From NCBI GenBank assembly GCA_964610335.1, contig CAZSVP010000002.1, positions 14,376-78,375 on the forward strand: a stretch of DNA of 64,000 nucleotides, in the 5' to 3' direction. Of the stretch, positions 1 to 9,411 are shown one piece after another. The number at the start of each line of letters is the position of its first letter. The first letter of the stretch is position 1. A model generated the notes under the pieces. It did no database searches, was not told where the DNA came from, and was given only the letters and a program-made list of their open reading frames with translations. This stretch comes from an uncultured Candidatus Saccharibacteria bacterium (GTDB taxonomy: Bacteria; Patescibacteriota; Saccharimonadia; CAILAD01; BJGX01). The translations under genes and the position numbers were made by a program.

Positions 1-1290
1 CAACACCACCGACATAAACGTTTGTAGCATGTGCTTGCGATCGAGATCGCGTAGATCCACACCATCGAGCGTTACACGCCCAATCGTGGGATCAAAAGCA
101 CGGCACAACATTTTGGCCAGAGTGGACTTACCACCACCGGATGGTCCGACGATAGCCACAAAGGAGCCTGCAGTGATCTTGGCGCTGATCTCGACCAAGG
201 CTGGATCGGTGCACCCTGGATATGTGAATCCGACCCCGTCGATGCAGATCTCGCCTCGTACTTCGCTCTGGTCGAGCTGGATACCTGGTGAGGCATCGAT
301 CTCCGACTTGGTTTCGAACAGCTCGATCAGGTCGTTGAGGCCCTCGATTCCCTCTTGAGCCTCGCGCTGGAAATCGGCATAGCGGTACATGTGAGCGTAC
401 AGCTTAGCCATCCAAGCATTCAACAAGGCGACGTCACCGATGGTAACACTACCGTCGCTATAGGCTTTGAGGGTAATGAGCCACATGCAGAGCAATGACA
501 GATTGAGCACGTTGTTCTGGACTATCCAGTGCCAAATCCTGGCCTTGCGTCGGTCGTCTTCTTGGTCGGCAAAGCCATCAATCATAGCTTGATAGCTGCC
601 CGATCGTGGCTGCTCCAGGCCTTCGTTCTTGATGGTCTCCCAGTCCTTGATCTGCTGACTGCCTTCCTTTTCTGATGCCTTCCACTGCTCATGGGAGGCG
701 CGGCGAACCTTGGCAAAGCGCTTCTCGAAGTGCCGGGTGACCACACAGTAGACCGTAATGGTCACCACCGACAACACTGTATAGCGCCAGTTGATGAGCA
801 AAAGCCCGGTCACGATGAAGCTGATCATCATACACATCGGCACGAAGTGATAAGCCACCGTGTCGATCAGACGATCCACCTTCCAGATAGCTTTGCTCAG
901 CACCGACTCTTTTTCACCAGTGCCGTGCTCGATCTGATAGGCTGGGTCCAAGTTGATCTGATGCTCATGCCCAGCCCCCAAGATATAGACAAGATTGTGC
1001 CAGACCGATGAGATCTGGAAGTACTCGGCTACCTCGGTTACTAGGGTGTGAGCCAAACGCAGGCCAATCATACCCGCCACGAAGACCAGCAAGCTGGTAG
1101 CTGGCTCGTTAGCCAACATACCGTCAAACAGGCCCCGCAGCGGGAAGGGCTCGGCCACGCTAAGAAGCTCACTCAACAACAGCAGGCTGATTGCCAGCAC
1201 GATGTGCCGGCGCAGCTTGCGGTACTTCTGAGCTACCTCAGGCTTGCTCAAGAGCAAGCGATATAGCTTGATCATGGGTTTGATTCCCAT
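1..1290 (-). CDS. ABC transporter, fused permease/ATP-binding protein (exporter type); C-terminal NBD truncated by window start
   Basis: Minus-strand frame open from position 1 to ATG at 1288-1290 with GGAGG 6 nt upstream; translation shows a multi-TM N-terminal domain followed by Walker A GPSGGGKST; absent from ORF track because no stop lies inside window; ~55% GC. Confidence 0.75.
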   Translation of the reverse strand, partial: MGIKPMIKLYRLLLSKPEVAQKYRKLRRHIVLAISLLLLSELLSVAEPFPLRGLFDGMLANEPATSLLVFVAGMIGLRLAHTLVTEVAEYFQISSVWHNLVYILGAGHEHQINLDPAYQIEHGTGEKESVLSKAIWKVDRLIDTVAYHFVPMCMMISFIVTGLLLINWRYTVLSVVTITVYCVVTRHFEKRFAKVRRASHEQWKASEKEGSQQIKDWETIKNEGLEQPRSGSYQAMIDGFADQEDDRRKARIWHWIVQNNVLNLSLLCMWLITLKAYSDGSVTIGDVALLNAWMAKLYAHMYRYADFQREAQEGIEGLNDLIELFETKSEIDASPGIQLDQSEVRGEICIDGVGFTYPGCTDPALVEISAKITAGSFVAIVGPSGGGKSTLAKMLCRAFDPTIGRVTLDGVDLRDLDRKHMLQTFMSVVL

Positions 1291-1364
1291 GTTCCTCCCT
1301 TGGTTGTAGGTATTTCTCTGTGAAAGATCGTGATGTGGTTGCTTTCTGTCAGGCTACTCGCCCA

Positions 1365-1393
1365 ACAAAAAACCCGGGAGATCTGCTCCCGGG
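1365..1393 (-). terminator. GC-rich hairpin CCCGGGAG-ATCTG-CTCCCGGG followed (on minus strand) by UUUUUUGUU; intrinsic terminator or attenuator ~80 nt upstream of ABC exporter start
   Basis: Perfect 8 bp GC stem, 5 nt loop, A-run on plus strand = U-run on minus strand. Confidence 0.5.
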
Positions 1394-1866
1394 AGGTTGA
1401 CTACGAATAATCGCTAGTTATTGGTCAAAATAATTAATTCCGGAAGCATAGTGTACACAAAACTCGCCAACAGCAAGTGCTGGTGTGACACGAAATTTGA
1501 ATTTGTTACTATTATTTGACATAGTGCTAATCAATATACGCGTAAGCATAAGCTATGTCAACACATTCTTGCAAACTTTTTTGTAAATTTGTAATAATTT
1601 GCCGACAAACTAAAAACAATAACTCAATCAGAAAGGTCCTACATGTGTTTGTGATGCGATAACTCGCTAAGTGTTGGCAGCACGCTCATATGTCGTACTC
1701 GCCAATGAAAAACTAGTAGTCGGACCCTTGTGACTGGGTTCTAGTGATAGTATTTAACTGCCATGCTCAAATAAGTTCGCGGAGTTCACTTGAAACATAG
1801 TGGTAACAGGAGTATAGCACAGTTTTAGCACTTTGTCAATAGTCTCTACAGATTAACTGGTGATTA

Positions 1867-3087
1867 TTATCCTATTTCCAGATATGTCTTCATATAATCA
1901 GCTGTCATAGTAGGTAGTAAGAACTTGCGACGTACAAGCTCGCGTGCCTGCATGCGTATCTGCAAGTAATCGTCTGGGCGACGTAGCACATTGACCATCT
2001 TCTCGGCACTTTCAAAAGCGTTTTCTTCTAGGTAAAATCCAGTACGGCCATCGACTACCTGTAGAGCTATACCACCAACAGGGCGGCTAAATACAAACTG
2101 TTTCTTCCATAATGCCTCAGTCACAGTTAGCCCAAAACCCTCACGATGTGAGTTTTGAACAATTGCACCGGCACCAGCCTGTAAAGCATTGATGCTGGTA
2201 TCATCCGCCTCAGTAATAAGCTGAATATGTTCATCAACCAATGCAACCTTACGCTTCACCTTGTCGTAGTATTCTCGTCCTTCAGGATCATCGCTAGCCA
2301 TGTTACCTACTAGCAAGAGCCTATACTGTGGCATAAAGGCCACCAAATCTCGATATATATCAACTACACCAAGTGGGTCCTTGAATCTATCGAAGCGACT
2401 AACCTGTAGTATATATGGATACCGTTCATCAAGCTCAAATTGGGCAAGCTGTTTCTTGATTTGTTCAGGATTCAATGGCTTGTTCTTGTCGCTCAATGGG
2501 TCAATACTAGGGTGTACTATTGCTACTTTATTGTGGTCCAATCCATGAGCATAGTTTTCAAGACTAAATATTACCTTTTGAAAGTATTTGTAATAGCCTT
2601 TGAGCCAATTTAAGCCGCCAGGATTCGCCTCAGTAAGATCAATGTGGCAACGCCAAATTAATCGATCTGGTGGTAAATATGCTGCCAGACCAAGTGTCTG
2701 AGGATCGTGCAGAACATATATATCACCATCGCGTGGTATGTCGCGCGCGGCTTCAGCAAGATAATCGCTATATTGTTTGAGTAACGATTTGTCTGGTAAT
2801 TCACTATGGCCTTGCAAGCAGTTATGTAGTGTCTTGGTGGTATGGAAAAACGCTTCATTGGGTGGTAACACGTGCCACTCAGCCTGCAACCCCATGCCTT
2901 GCAATAGGGCGATTTTGCCACGCAAAAGCTCCGCTACTCCACCACCATAAGAAGTGGCGTTTATCTCAACTATCTTCTTGCCCCTCAAGCTATGAGCCAA
3001 CTGTGCAAGTTCCAGCTGCTGAGATTCATCGATGTACCGTGTGTAGTCATCTATCGTACGTTTATCTAGGTTAGTAACTTGTGACAT
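1867..3087 (-). CDS. Glycosyltransferase family 4 (trehalose synthase TreT-like / GT1-fold retaining transferase)
   Basis: 406 aa; C-terminal EGFGLTVTEALW motif typical of GT4; N-terminal nucleotide-sugar binding half; ~43% GC. Confidence 0.65.
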   Translation of the reverse strand: MSQVTNLDKRTIDDYTRYIDESQQLELAQLAHSLRGKKIVEINATSYGGGVAELLRGKIALLQGMGLQAEWHVLPPNEAFFHTTKTLHNCLQGHSELPDKSLLKQYSDYLAEAARDIPRDGDIYVLHDPQTLGLAAYLPPDRLIWRCHIDLTEANPGGLNWLKGYYKYFQKVIFSLENYAHGLDHNKVAIVHPSIDPLSDKNKPLNPEQIKKQLAQFELDERYPYILQVSRFDRFKDPLGVVDIYRDLVAFMPQYRLLLVGNMASDDPEGREYYDKVKRKVALVDEHIQLITEADDTSINALQAGAGAIVQNSHREGFGLTVTEALWKKQFVFSRPVGGIALQVVDGRTGFYLEENAFESAEKMVNVLRRPDDYLQIRMQARELVRRKFLLPTMTADYMKTYLEIG

Positions 3088-3190
3088 ATAGTACTTATGC
3101 TACCATATTTTGGCTTGAAAGTGCTGGTGATCTAAGCTATACTTGCCCGGATCGATCTGATCAACGTACCTCGACCCATCGGAGGCACTC

Positions 3191-3439
3191 ATGCCACATA
3201 GCTCTACAGCTACACTGGATTGGGACGTTACCAATCCTGCTCGCCATGTCCTGTGGAAGGACGGCAAGTTGCAAGCCGAAGTCTGGCAACGAACTGTCAA
3301 CAACTTGCCAACCAGCTTCTGGCATGGCCGGATCTACTTCGCGGGTGGCAACCTCACGCTCACGGCCAACGAGAATGTCAACCGCGAAGAAGCCAAAGCA
3401 CGAGTCCACGCCGCGCTCGCTGGGCGCGGCCTGATATAG
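3191..3439 (+). CDS. Hypothetical small protein (82 aa), high-GC block
   Basis: ATG preceded by GGAGG at -5..-10; first of three same-strand small ORFs each with a strong SD. Confidence 0.4.
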   Translation: MPHSSTATLDWDVTNPARHVLWKDGKLQAEVWQRTVNNLPTSFWHGRIYFAGGNLTLTANENVNREEAKARVHAALAGRGLI

Positions 3440-3452
3440 GAGGCGGTCAATC

Positions 3453-3668
3453 ATGGCCAAGATGAAAACGTGCCCCAACTGTGGCGGATCCAAGAGTGTG
3501 TCACTACCTGGTGGCGGTAGTGCGGCTTGTAGCACCTGCAAGATCAACGGCCGGTCAACAGGACAAGTGCCCGAAGACGAGGCCAAGGCCTACAAGTCAG
3601 GTGGCAGCACACGCGCCAGCCGGCAGGCAGCCGCCAAAGCTGCCAAGCGCAAAAAGGGTCGGTGGTAA
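3453..3668 (+). CDS. Zinc-ribbon small protein (71 aa), Lys/Ala-rich tail
   Basis: CPNCGG...CSTC two CxxC pairs; GGAGG 9 nt upstream of ATG. Confidence 0.45.
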   Translation: MAKMKTCPNCGGSKSVSLPGGGSAACSTCKINGRSTGQVPEDEAKAYKSGGSTRASRQAAAKAAKRKKGRW

Positions 3669-3871
3669 CCATGGTTCTACTGTGGGAAGAACCACCGTAC
3701 ACAGGTGAGCCATGTTCTACCTGTGGCGGCCCGCATTCACACTGCCGAAGTGAGATCGATGGCCAACCCAACCCTCACCTGCCCACCTGTCCCTACCGAC
3801 CCTGGGCCGGAGCGCCGTACCTCGACGATCACTTCGTACCGCCAGCCTGTAACTGTCGTGACCGTCGCTAG
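3662..3871 (+). CDS. Cys-rich small protein (69 aa; alternative ATG at 3671)
   Basis: CSTCGG...C...C...CNC cysteine pattern; overlaps stop of previous ORF (translational coupling). Confidence 0.35.
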   Translation: MVTMVLLWEEPPYTGEPCSTCGGPHSHCRSEIDGQPNPHLPTCPYRPWAGAPYLDDHFVPPACNCRDRR

Positions 3872-3951
3872 TGCTGGAGACAGTCAACCCGGGCTCTTCA
3901 TCTATCAAAGGTGAGGAGCTCGGCTTTGTTATAATCATAAACTCAAATATA

Positions 3952-3980
3952 TTGACAAGTTCTTATGCTTGTTGTAGAAT
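3952..3980 (+). promoter_or_regulatory. Sigma70-like promoter TTGACA-17 nt-TAGAAT
   Basis: Consensus -35 TTGACA at 3952-3957, 17 nt spacer, -10 TAGAAT at 3975-3980. Confidence 0.55.
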
Positions 3981-3986
3981 CGTAAA

Positions 3987-4150
3987 TTGTATGAATCAAT
4001 ATAGCCTAACAACCATGAATATAGCTGACCAATCCTTTGTCACAGACAAAGGCCAGCTTGTGATTGCTTTTAGGCTCACTATTGATTTTTGATGATCTCC
4101 ACCAAGTTTATTTGAATGTCACAGTGAGCCTCCGAAACGGAGGCGTTTTT
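3987..4150 (+). ncRNA. Candidate ~165 nt small RNA (or leaderless 32-aa peptide transcript) bounded by promoter and intrinsic terminator GCCTCCG-AAA-CGGAGGC-GUUUUU
   Basis: Promoter at 3952-3980; terminator hairpin 4128-4144 + T-run 4145-4150; internal hairpin CCTTTG-TCACAGA-CAAAGG; no convincing RBS-led ORF. Confidence 0.3.
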
Positions 4151-4267
4151 GATTCAAACGAACTTAACCAAGGTTACAATATCCAATTCGGAGGCTTATT
4201 GGGCCACTCAAAGAAGCCCCTAGGTTTTGCATGCGGCAAAATTTAGCAACCTACAGGAGGATAGCCC

Positions 4268-4933
4268 ATGTTTGGGTTTCCGATGCGCATCACTCTCGAC
4301 GACGGTCGCATGATACTAATGCGCCCAATTGTTGAAGACGAGATGCCAGCAGTTGCAGAACAGATCTCACGCTATGAGATCTGTCGACACATCAGCTTAC
4401 GAGGCTCACAAAGCCCTGAGCAGGAGCTGGCTTGGCTCAAGAGCACCCAAGAACGCGACGATGCCTTCAACTGGGGTATTGCCCTGCCCGAGAGCAAAGA
4501 CGACACTCATGGTCGACTGATCGGCAACAGCGGCGTGTTCGATATCAGCTGCAATCGTGGCGAGAGTGGCGTGGTGTTGTGGGACAGCTCTGTCTGGGGC
4601 ACTGGCATAGCCAGCGCCATCCATCGAGCTCGCTGCCACTATGCTGTCAACGTTCATCACTTGGTAGCAATCGACAGTGGTGCCGACCAGGCTAACCACG
4701 GTAGCCGTAAGGCGCTGGAGCGCGTTGGTTACACCAAGGTGGGAGTTAGCTACAATCGAGGCTACGTCGACGGTGAGATCTGTCACCTAGACAAGCTGCT
4801 TTGGGTCAACCCCACTTCGCATGTCTGGAACTACTTCTGGGGAGGAGAACCTGCGCCCAAGAAGTTCCAGACAGCTCGCAAGCGAGCGATCGCTGCGCTT
4901 GATTGGGCAGCAGAGCGCATCGAGTACCTGTAG
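4268..4933 (+). CDS. GNAT family N-acetyltransferase (RimJ/RimL-like)
   Basis: 221 aa; RBS CAGGAGGA upstream; acetyltransferase fold signature; ~58% GC. Confidence 0.55.
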   Translation: MFGFPMRITLDDGRMILMRPIVEDEMPAVAEQISRYEICRHISLRGSQSPEQELAWLKSTQERDDAFNWGIALPESKDDTHGRLIGNSGVFDISCNRGESGVVLWDSSVWGTGIASAIHRARCHYAVNVHHLVAIDSGADQANHGSRKALERVGYTKVGVSYNRGYVDGEICHLDKLLWVNPTSHVWNYFWGGEPAPKKFQTARKRAIAALDWAAERIEYL

Positions 4934-4980
4934 GGATATGGGTAGTGTGCGAACGCGGCACACTACCCTACACCCTCCAA

Positions 4981-6378
4981 CTATTTGGCAGCTCGCCAAT
5001 AAAGTGTCTGGCTACCAATATCTTCTGTTTCTATACCTACCAGCATTAATTTATTACGGATGCTGTCGGCAGTACCATAATCCTTGTTTTCACGTGCCTT
5101 GTGGCGCTGTTCAAACAAATGTCTCTCATCTGCCGTAAAACTAACTTGTTTTTGCACCAAGTCGATACCAAATACCTGATCGGCCCAAGCGATAGCTTCT
5201 ACGGCGCCGGCCAACAACGGCACCGATTCTAGCTTGCTAAGAGCAGCCAGTGCTTGTGGAGAGCCAAAGTCATCGCGCAATGCTTGTGTGACTTGCAGTT
5301 TAAACTCTTCAACTACTAGTGCATCATGCTTTTGGGGAATGCCAAGCTGTTCAGCAGCTTGATTGCGAGCAACATAGTTACGCAAAGAATTCAATCTATT
5401 CTGGGCAGCAGCTAAATTATCCCAACTAAACTGTGCCTCTGTGCGGTAGTGTGACTCAAGTGCAAGTAGTCGGAACGCTAACAAATCAATCTTGCGCTCT
5501 TCTATGTTTTCTAGTGTGAAGAAGTTGCCAGCCGACTTAGCCATTTTCTTACCATCAACTAGTATAAAGTTGCTATGTAGCCAATAGTTTGCCAAAGGTT
5601 TGCCGGTAGCAGCTTCACTCTGCGCTATTTCATCATTGTGGTGAACAGCAATATGATCAATACCACCAGCGTGGATATCTAAGGTATCACCTAAGTACTT
5701 CATACTCATAGCGCTACACTCGAGATGCCAACCTGGGAACCCCTTGCCCCATGGGCTATCCCACTCCATGTCACGCTGTGAGTCTTGGGGGCTAAATTTC
5801 CAGAGTGCAAAATCTGTGTGACTACGCTTCTGTGGGTTGGCTTCCACCCTAGCTCCAGCTTTCAAGCCCTCAATGTCAATGTTACCGAGCTTGCCGTAGC
5901 CTTCAAATTTACTGGTATCAAAATATACTCCATCATCGATCACATAGGTAAACCCTTTAGACTCCAACTCCTCTACTAGTTTGATCTGCTCAGGAATATG
6001 GGCAGTAGCTCGAGGTAAGTGTTGAGGCTGTGAAATATTGAGCCTATCAAAGCCTGCCTCAAAGTAGTCGGTGTACTTCTGGGCAATCTCCCAGGCGGTA
6101 GCGCTCTCACGTTTGGCCCCTTTCTCAAGCTTGTCCTCGCCTGCATCCGCGTCAGAGGTGAGATGCCCTACATCGGTGATGTTCATAACCCACTCTACAT
6201 CATAGTCATTTGCTTTGAGCACACGATTGAAAAGGTCGTAGCGGATAAACGTAAACCAATTACCAATGTGGGGAAAGTCGTACACCGTCGGCCCGCAGCT
6301 ATAAAATGTAACTTTTGGAGGATTGATAGGTACAAAATCTTCTTTTTGGTGTGTAAGCGTATTGTATAGTTTTAACAT
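4981..6378 (-). CDS. cysS: Cysteinyl-tRNA synthetase
   Basis: HIGN (HIGH) and KMAKSAGN (KMSKS) class I motifs, Cys-binding CGPTVYD. Confidence 0.92.
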   Translation of the reverse strand: MLKLYNTLTHQKEDFVPINPPKVTFYSCGPTVYDFPHIGNWFTFIRYDLFNRVLKANDYDVEWVMNITDVGHLTSDADAGEDKLEKGAKRESATAWEIAQKYTDYFEAGFDRLNISQPQHLPRATAHIPEQIKLVEELESKGFTYVIDDGVYFDTSKFEGYGKLGNIDIEGLKAGARVEANPQKRSHTDFALWKFSPQDSQRDMEWDSPWGKGFPGWHLECSAMSMKYLGDTLDIHAGGIDHIAVHHNDEIAQSEAATGKPLANYWLHSNFILVDGKKMAKSAGNFFTLENIEERKIDLLAFRLLALESHYRTEAQFSWDNLAAAQNRLNSLRNYVARNQAAEQLGIPQKHDALVVEEFKLQVTQALRDDFGSPQALAALSKLESVPLLAGAVEAIAWADQVFGIDLVQKQVSFTADERHLFEQRHKARENKDYGTADSIRNKLMLVGIETEDIGSQTLYWRAAK

Positions 6379-6381
6379 TGG

Positions 6382-6927
6382 CTAGTCCTTTGCAAAATAA
6401 ACTTTTCGTAATACCTCGGCTGTGACTCGACAGTCTTCTAGAGCATCATGATTGCCACGAGGTTTTAGCCCAAAATATTTGAGTGTTGGCTCTAGTCGAA
6501 CTGTGTCACCCTGTCCATGTCGACACAAATGGGTATAAACTATTGGCCAAACATCAAGATAATGATAGTCATAAATAAAAATGTCCTTTTCTATAGTCCA
6601 CAACATTTTATTAAGAAGCCCTCTATCTAGAATTGAGTTCCAAGATGCTGTAAAAATTTCTGTACCAAACTTTTCTAAGAACTCAGTAATAACTTGTTTT
6701 TGATTTGGCGCTCCTTCTAGATCCTGCTGTGTTACGCCAGAGACTCTCAGTGCCTCCTCGCTAGCCTTGCTTAAATCGGCCTCTATATAACTCGTAAACT
6801 GATCTTTTTCCTTCAGAGACGTTTTGTCGAGTAAAACTGCACCAAGTTGTGTTGGTTCTGCAAATCTAGCATCCAAGCCCGTGCTTTCAAAATCAAGTAT
6901 TAAAATATCTTTGGCAAATCCATTCAT
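6382..6927 (-). CDS. DEDDh 3'-5' exonuclease (DnaQ-like)
   Basis: Exo I DFESTGLD, Exo III HDALEDC motifs. Confidence 0.65.
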   Translation of the reverse strand: MNGFAKDILILDFESTGLDARFAEPTQLGAVLLDKTSLKEKDQFTSYIEADLSKASEEALRVSGVTQQDLEGAPNQKQVITEFLEKFGTEIFTASWNSILDRGLLNKMLWTIEKDIFIYDYHYLDVWPIVYTHLCRHGQGDTVRLEPTLKYFGLKPRGNHDALEDCRVTAEVLRKVYFAKD

Positions 6928-6983
6928 ACATTTAGTATATAGGATTTAGGTGCTTGATGTTAGCTAGCCTCAAAATTAAGGGC

Positions 6984-7583
6984 TTAGAAAGAGGTCCGGC
7001 CAGCCAACGCTCGCCCCAGTGTCAGTTGATCGGCGTACTCCAGATCCGCACCCATCGGCAAACCATGAGCTAGTTTGGTGATTTTGATATCACTACCCTC
7101 AAGTTTCTTAACAATAAAAAGCGCCGTAGTCTCACCCTCAAGGTTTGGGTTGGTAGCTATTATAAGTTCAGTTGGTGCTTCGCTCGCAATACGGCTAAGT
7201 AAACCATCTATCTCCAAGTCCTCTGGGCCCACGCCATCAATCGGGCTGATTGCGCCATGCAGTACATGATACACCCCACGAAATAACCCGGTTTTCTCAA
7301 CTGCCGCCACATCAAGCGGCTGGCTAACAACACATATCACATGTTGCTCTCGGCTTGTATCAGCACATACTGGGCAAATTGGCTCAGTAGTATAGTTACG
7401 ACAACGGTTGCAGAGCTGGATGCCTGTCTGTAAATCAGTAATTGCTCGACCCAACTCAGAATTGTCGCCCTTTTTTAGCATATAAAAAGCGAGTCGTTCG
7501 GCGCTCTTAGGGCCGATCGATGGTAGCTCGCTGAGAGCTTCTATCAGAACTTGAATATTCTTGGGTAGTACTGAGTACCCCAC
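6984..7583 (-). CDS. recR: Recombination protein RecR
   Basis: HhH motif, C4 zinc finger CNRCRN...CPVC, Toprim domain. Confidence 0.9.
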   Translation of the reverse strand: MGYSVLPKNIQVLIEALSELPSIGPKSAERLAFYMLKKGDNSELGRAITDLQTGIQLCNRCRNYTTEPICPVCADTSREQHVICVVSQPLDVAAVEKTGLFRGVYHVLHGAISPIDGVGPEDLEIDGLLSRIASEAPTELIIATNPNLEGETTALFIVKKLEGSDIKITKLAHGLPMGADLEYADQLTLGRALAGRTSF

Positions 7584-7601
7584 TCCCCCTCCTTTTCTAA
7601 T

Positions 7602-7904
7602 TTACATTCCTGGCAAGCCAAGACCACCTGCGACTTCTTGCATGCGACTAGTGGCTTCTTGCATGATCTCTTTGTTGGCTTTGTTGGCGGCCATAGCTAT
7701 CCAACGGCCCAGCTGATCAGCGTCTTCCATAGCTTCGTCACTAATGTGGATCCGTTCGATTTCCACACTCATGTTGGCTTGGCTAATACTCAAGCCAGCC
7801 TCTACCCGTACAGCACCATCACCTGCTTCAGTTTCTATCTTAAGACGTTTAAGTTCTTTTTGTAGTTTTAGGGCCTTAGCGGCCAATTTGGCTTTGTCTA
7901 GCAT
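7602..7904 (-). CDS. ybaB: Nucleoid-associated protein YbaB/EbfC
   Basis: 100 aa, characteristic VEAGDGAVRVEAGL core, upstream of recR as in most bacteria. Confidence 0.85.
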   Translation of the reverse strand: MLDKAKLAAKALKLQKELKRLKIETEAGDGAVRVEAGLSISQANMSVEIERIHISDEAMEDADQLGRWIAMAANKANKEIMQEATSRMQEVAGGLGLPGM

Positions 7905-7927
7905 TTGATTCTCCTAATTTGGTATGG

Positions 7928-9409
7928 TTATTGTACCTGATATAGCCGCGCCACACTATACCCATCAGCTTCGGTTTTAATTAACTGCCAGTTGCTAGGT
8001 ATGTTGGTAAAGTAACGTTGGTCACCAGTTTTACCGATTACCCAAACACGACCCTTGGGGACAGTTGCCCAATTATCAACATAAATGTTCTTGTCATAAA
8101 TCAGGCTGGATTCACCATAACCATTGGGCTGGCCAAAGCCCGTATACAGTTGTAGATTCTGCTCAGTATGGTTGTAATAGCTACTATCAAAAAACGTATA
8201 CAACTCACCGGCAATCAGTTTGTCACCTGGTATATAATCAGTATTTACCACTGAGAATACCTCTCTCATACGATGGCTAGACTGAGCATAGACATTGCGT
8301 ACACCTAGTAACAATAGTGCCACGGTGCCTACCACTGCCACAGTCTCCCAAGAACGCTTACGATGGAATAACTCGTTGATTGCTACTGCAACCAACCCAT
8401 AGAAGACCGGTGCCAAAAATACGAAGTAGCGCTCATGATATATGGGCTTAAATACCGAAACTGTCATAACCACAACCACTGGCAACACTGTGTAGAGTAC
8501 AAGCAACCGGTATAGGCGCTGCTTGGTAGTATCCTGCAGCCAAACATACACTAACACAGCAGCCGCAGCAATGCCGCCAAACCAGTATACTGCAGACAAG
8601 CTACGACCGTCTGTAAAACTTAGTAATTGCCAAACTAGATCAAATGGCGCACGAATAGTAGTTGCAGCAAGCCAGCCGAGGCCTTGCCCTCGAGTAACTT
8701 GACCCATGGCCGACGGCACCCAAGGTAAAAAACAAACCAAGGCAGCAATATTAGCAAACCACCACCATGGTTGTTCCAAGATAGACTGTGCCGATGGTTG
8801 ATGGCGATGACGCAGCCACTGCCATAGACCAAACAACCAAAAACTTCCTATCACAAGCACGGTAAAGTAATGGGTGTATAGCCCCAACATGATTGCAGCA
8901 AAATACAATATATACCCAAACTGTTTGCGAGGATTATCAATAATTACCACCACCGCATACAACGCCACTATCATCAGTAGAGCTTCTAGCGCGTACATAC
9001 GTGCTTCTTGGCTATATCGCACCAGCATAGGTCCTACTGCTGCAAAAAGCGCTGCAATCAGCGCAGTGTGGTAATTACGCACTTTTTTGAACAAGACATA
9101 AACCATGCCGACCGTAGCCACCCCAATAAATAGGCTCAATGAGCGAATAATAACTTCACTATGCCCAAACAGGCGCATCCATACGCCTAGTAGCTCGTAG
9201 TAAAACGGCGGATGAACATCGCGAGCGGTGCGTTGCCAAATTTCAATTGGGTTAAGACTTGATAGCATTATTGAAAAACCCTCATCGTGCCATATACTAG
9301 CCTTTGTCAAAAAAACTAATCGCACTATGAACGCTAGTAGTAGTATTGCAATCACATATACCCAATGCGGTGCAGGATGGTGCAATAATCTGGATCGTTT
9401 GGGAGACAT
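7928..9409 (-). CDS. GT39/GT83-like membrane glycosyltransferase (Pmt/ArnT family, PMT_2)
   Basis: 493 aa, >10 TM helices, N-terminal DE-containing loop (WHDEGFS) typical of GT-C polyprenol-phosphate-sugar dependent transferases. Confidence 0.6.
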   Translation of the reverse strand: MSPKRSRLLHHPAPHWVYVIAILLLAFIVRLVFLTKASIWHDEGFSIMLSSLNPIEIWQRTARDVHPPFYYELLGVWMRLFGHSEVIIRSLSLFIGVATVGMVYVLFKKVRNYHTALIAALFAAVGPMLVRYSQEARMYALEALLMIVALYAVVVIIDNPRKQFGYILYFAAIMLGLYTHYFTVLVIGSFWLFGLWQWLRHRHQPSAQSILEQPWWWFANIAALVCFLPWVPSAMGQVTRGQGLGWLAATTIRAPFDLVWQLLSFTDGRSLSAVYWFGGIAAAAVLVYVWLQDTTKQRLYRLLVLYTVLPVVVVMTVSVFKPIYHERYFVFLAPVFYGLVAVAINELFHRKRSWETVAVVGTVALLLLGVRNVYAQSSHRMREVFSVVNTDYIPGDKLIAGELYTFFDSSYYNHTEQNLQLYTGFGQPNGYGESSLIYDKNIYVDNWATVPKGRVWVIGKTGDQRYFTNIPSNWQLIKTEADGYSVARLYQVQ

Positions 9410-9411
9410 CG

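Noticed and set aside
3871-4092. 73 aa ORF spanning the candidate sRNA promoter
   Set aside because: Its start lies upstream of and runs through a near-consensus -35/-10. There is no SD. Only the last 32 codons are downstream of the predicted transcription start.
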